Shown: positions 33,824 to 34,366 of the stretch, one piece after another
How the letters are laid out: every line of letters starts with the position of its first letter
Position numbering within the stretch: the stretch's first letter is position 1
DNA from: Octopus bimaculoides
Lineage: Eukaryota
Assembly: GCF_001194135.2 (NCBI RefSeq)
Contig: NC_069005.1
Location: 14,911,799 to 14,946,164 of the forward strand
DNA length: 34,366 bases
Direction: 5' to 3'
Translations under genes and position numbers: made by a program
The notes under the pieces: model-generated
Databases searched by the model: none
Told to the model about the DNA's origin: nothing
What the model saw: only the letters and a program-made list of their open reading frames with translations

Positions 33824-33943
33824 AACAAGAATATCATTGATAGTGACTTCGAAGTTTCAGCCAGTTAAGCTATCATCAGACTGCAATCCAATGATGGCTC
33901 AACTGGCCAAAAATTCAAAGTCACTGTCAATAATATTCTTGTT
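33824..33943. repeat. 120-nt fold-back palindrome (53-nt arms, 14-nt loop)
   Basis: Arms 33824-33876 and 33891-33943 are identical at 45 of 53 positions when one is reverse-complemented. Confidence 0.95.
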
Positions 33944-34320
33944 TATGAATAATTAATTTGTACTCTACAAAAGTACCGAGTAATCTATCAGATTAATGCT
34001 AAATTGTTTTTATTATTACTCAACATAAAAACCGACACACACATAAAAATAGTACTGAAGATGGAGTAATATGATTTTTATTAAAGCCAAAATAATCTCT
34101 ACACAAACTGTTTCAGACAGTTGTGATCACAAAAGCCAGACATGAAATTCTGAGTAACAGTTTGGGAAGATTTTTCGGGCTTTAAGAATATATATATATA
34201 TATATATATAGGCACAGGAGTGGCTGAGTGGTAAGTAGCTTGCTCACCAACCACATGGTTGTAAATACATTACTGCTCTATTCTTTGGAGTGTGCTTCTT
34301 TTACAGATGTATGGTCCATT

Positions 34321-34366
<46 letters not shown>

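Overview
AT-rich, microsatellite-rich animal genomic DNA with four N gaps (11002-11011, 15759-15768, 22549-22648, 26409-26418). The repeat families look like those of an octopus or related coleoid cephalopod; this is inferred from recalled repeat sequences, not from a database search. The window lies inside one large minus-strand gene, a Slingshot (SSH) cofilin phosphatase. I traced 13 GT-AG exons by hand from 33697 to 1459. They join in frame without stops (2589 nt, about 863 codons) and encode the SSH N-terminal domain, the DEK_C domain, the DSP catalytic domain (HCKMGISRS) and a long low-complexity C-terminal region. The gene starts to the right of the window and probably ends to the left of it. 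The introns are full of SINEs, non-LTR retrotransposon remnants (RTE, R4/Dong-like, Penelope-like) and MITEs (piggyBac-, hAT- and Tc1/mariner-type), often nested. The most interesting signals are: a Penelope-like direct-plus-inverted repeat carrying hammerhead-like boxes; several long intronic hairpins close to exons; a thrice-repeated G[TS]VR motif in the SSH tail; and a possible read-through isoform with a hydrophobic tail. No rRNA, true tRNA or CRISPR array was seen.
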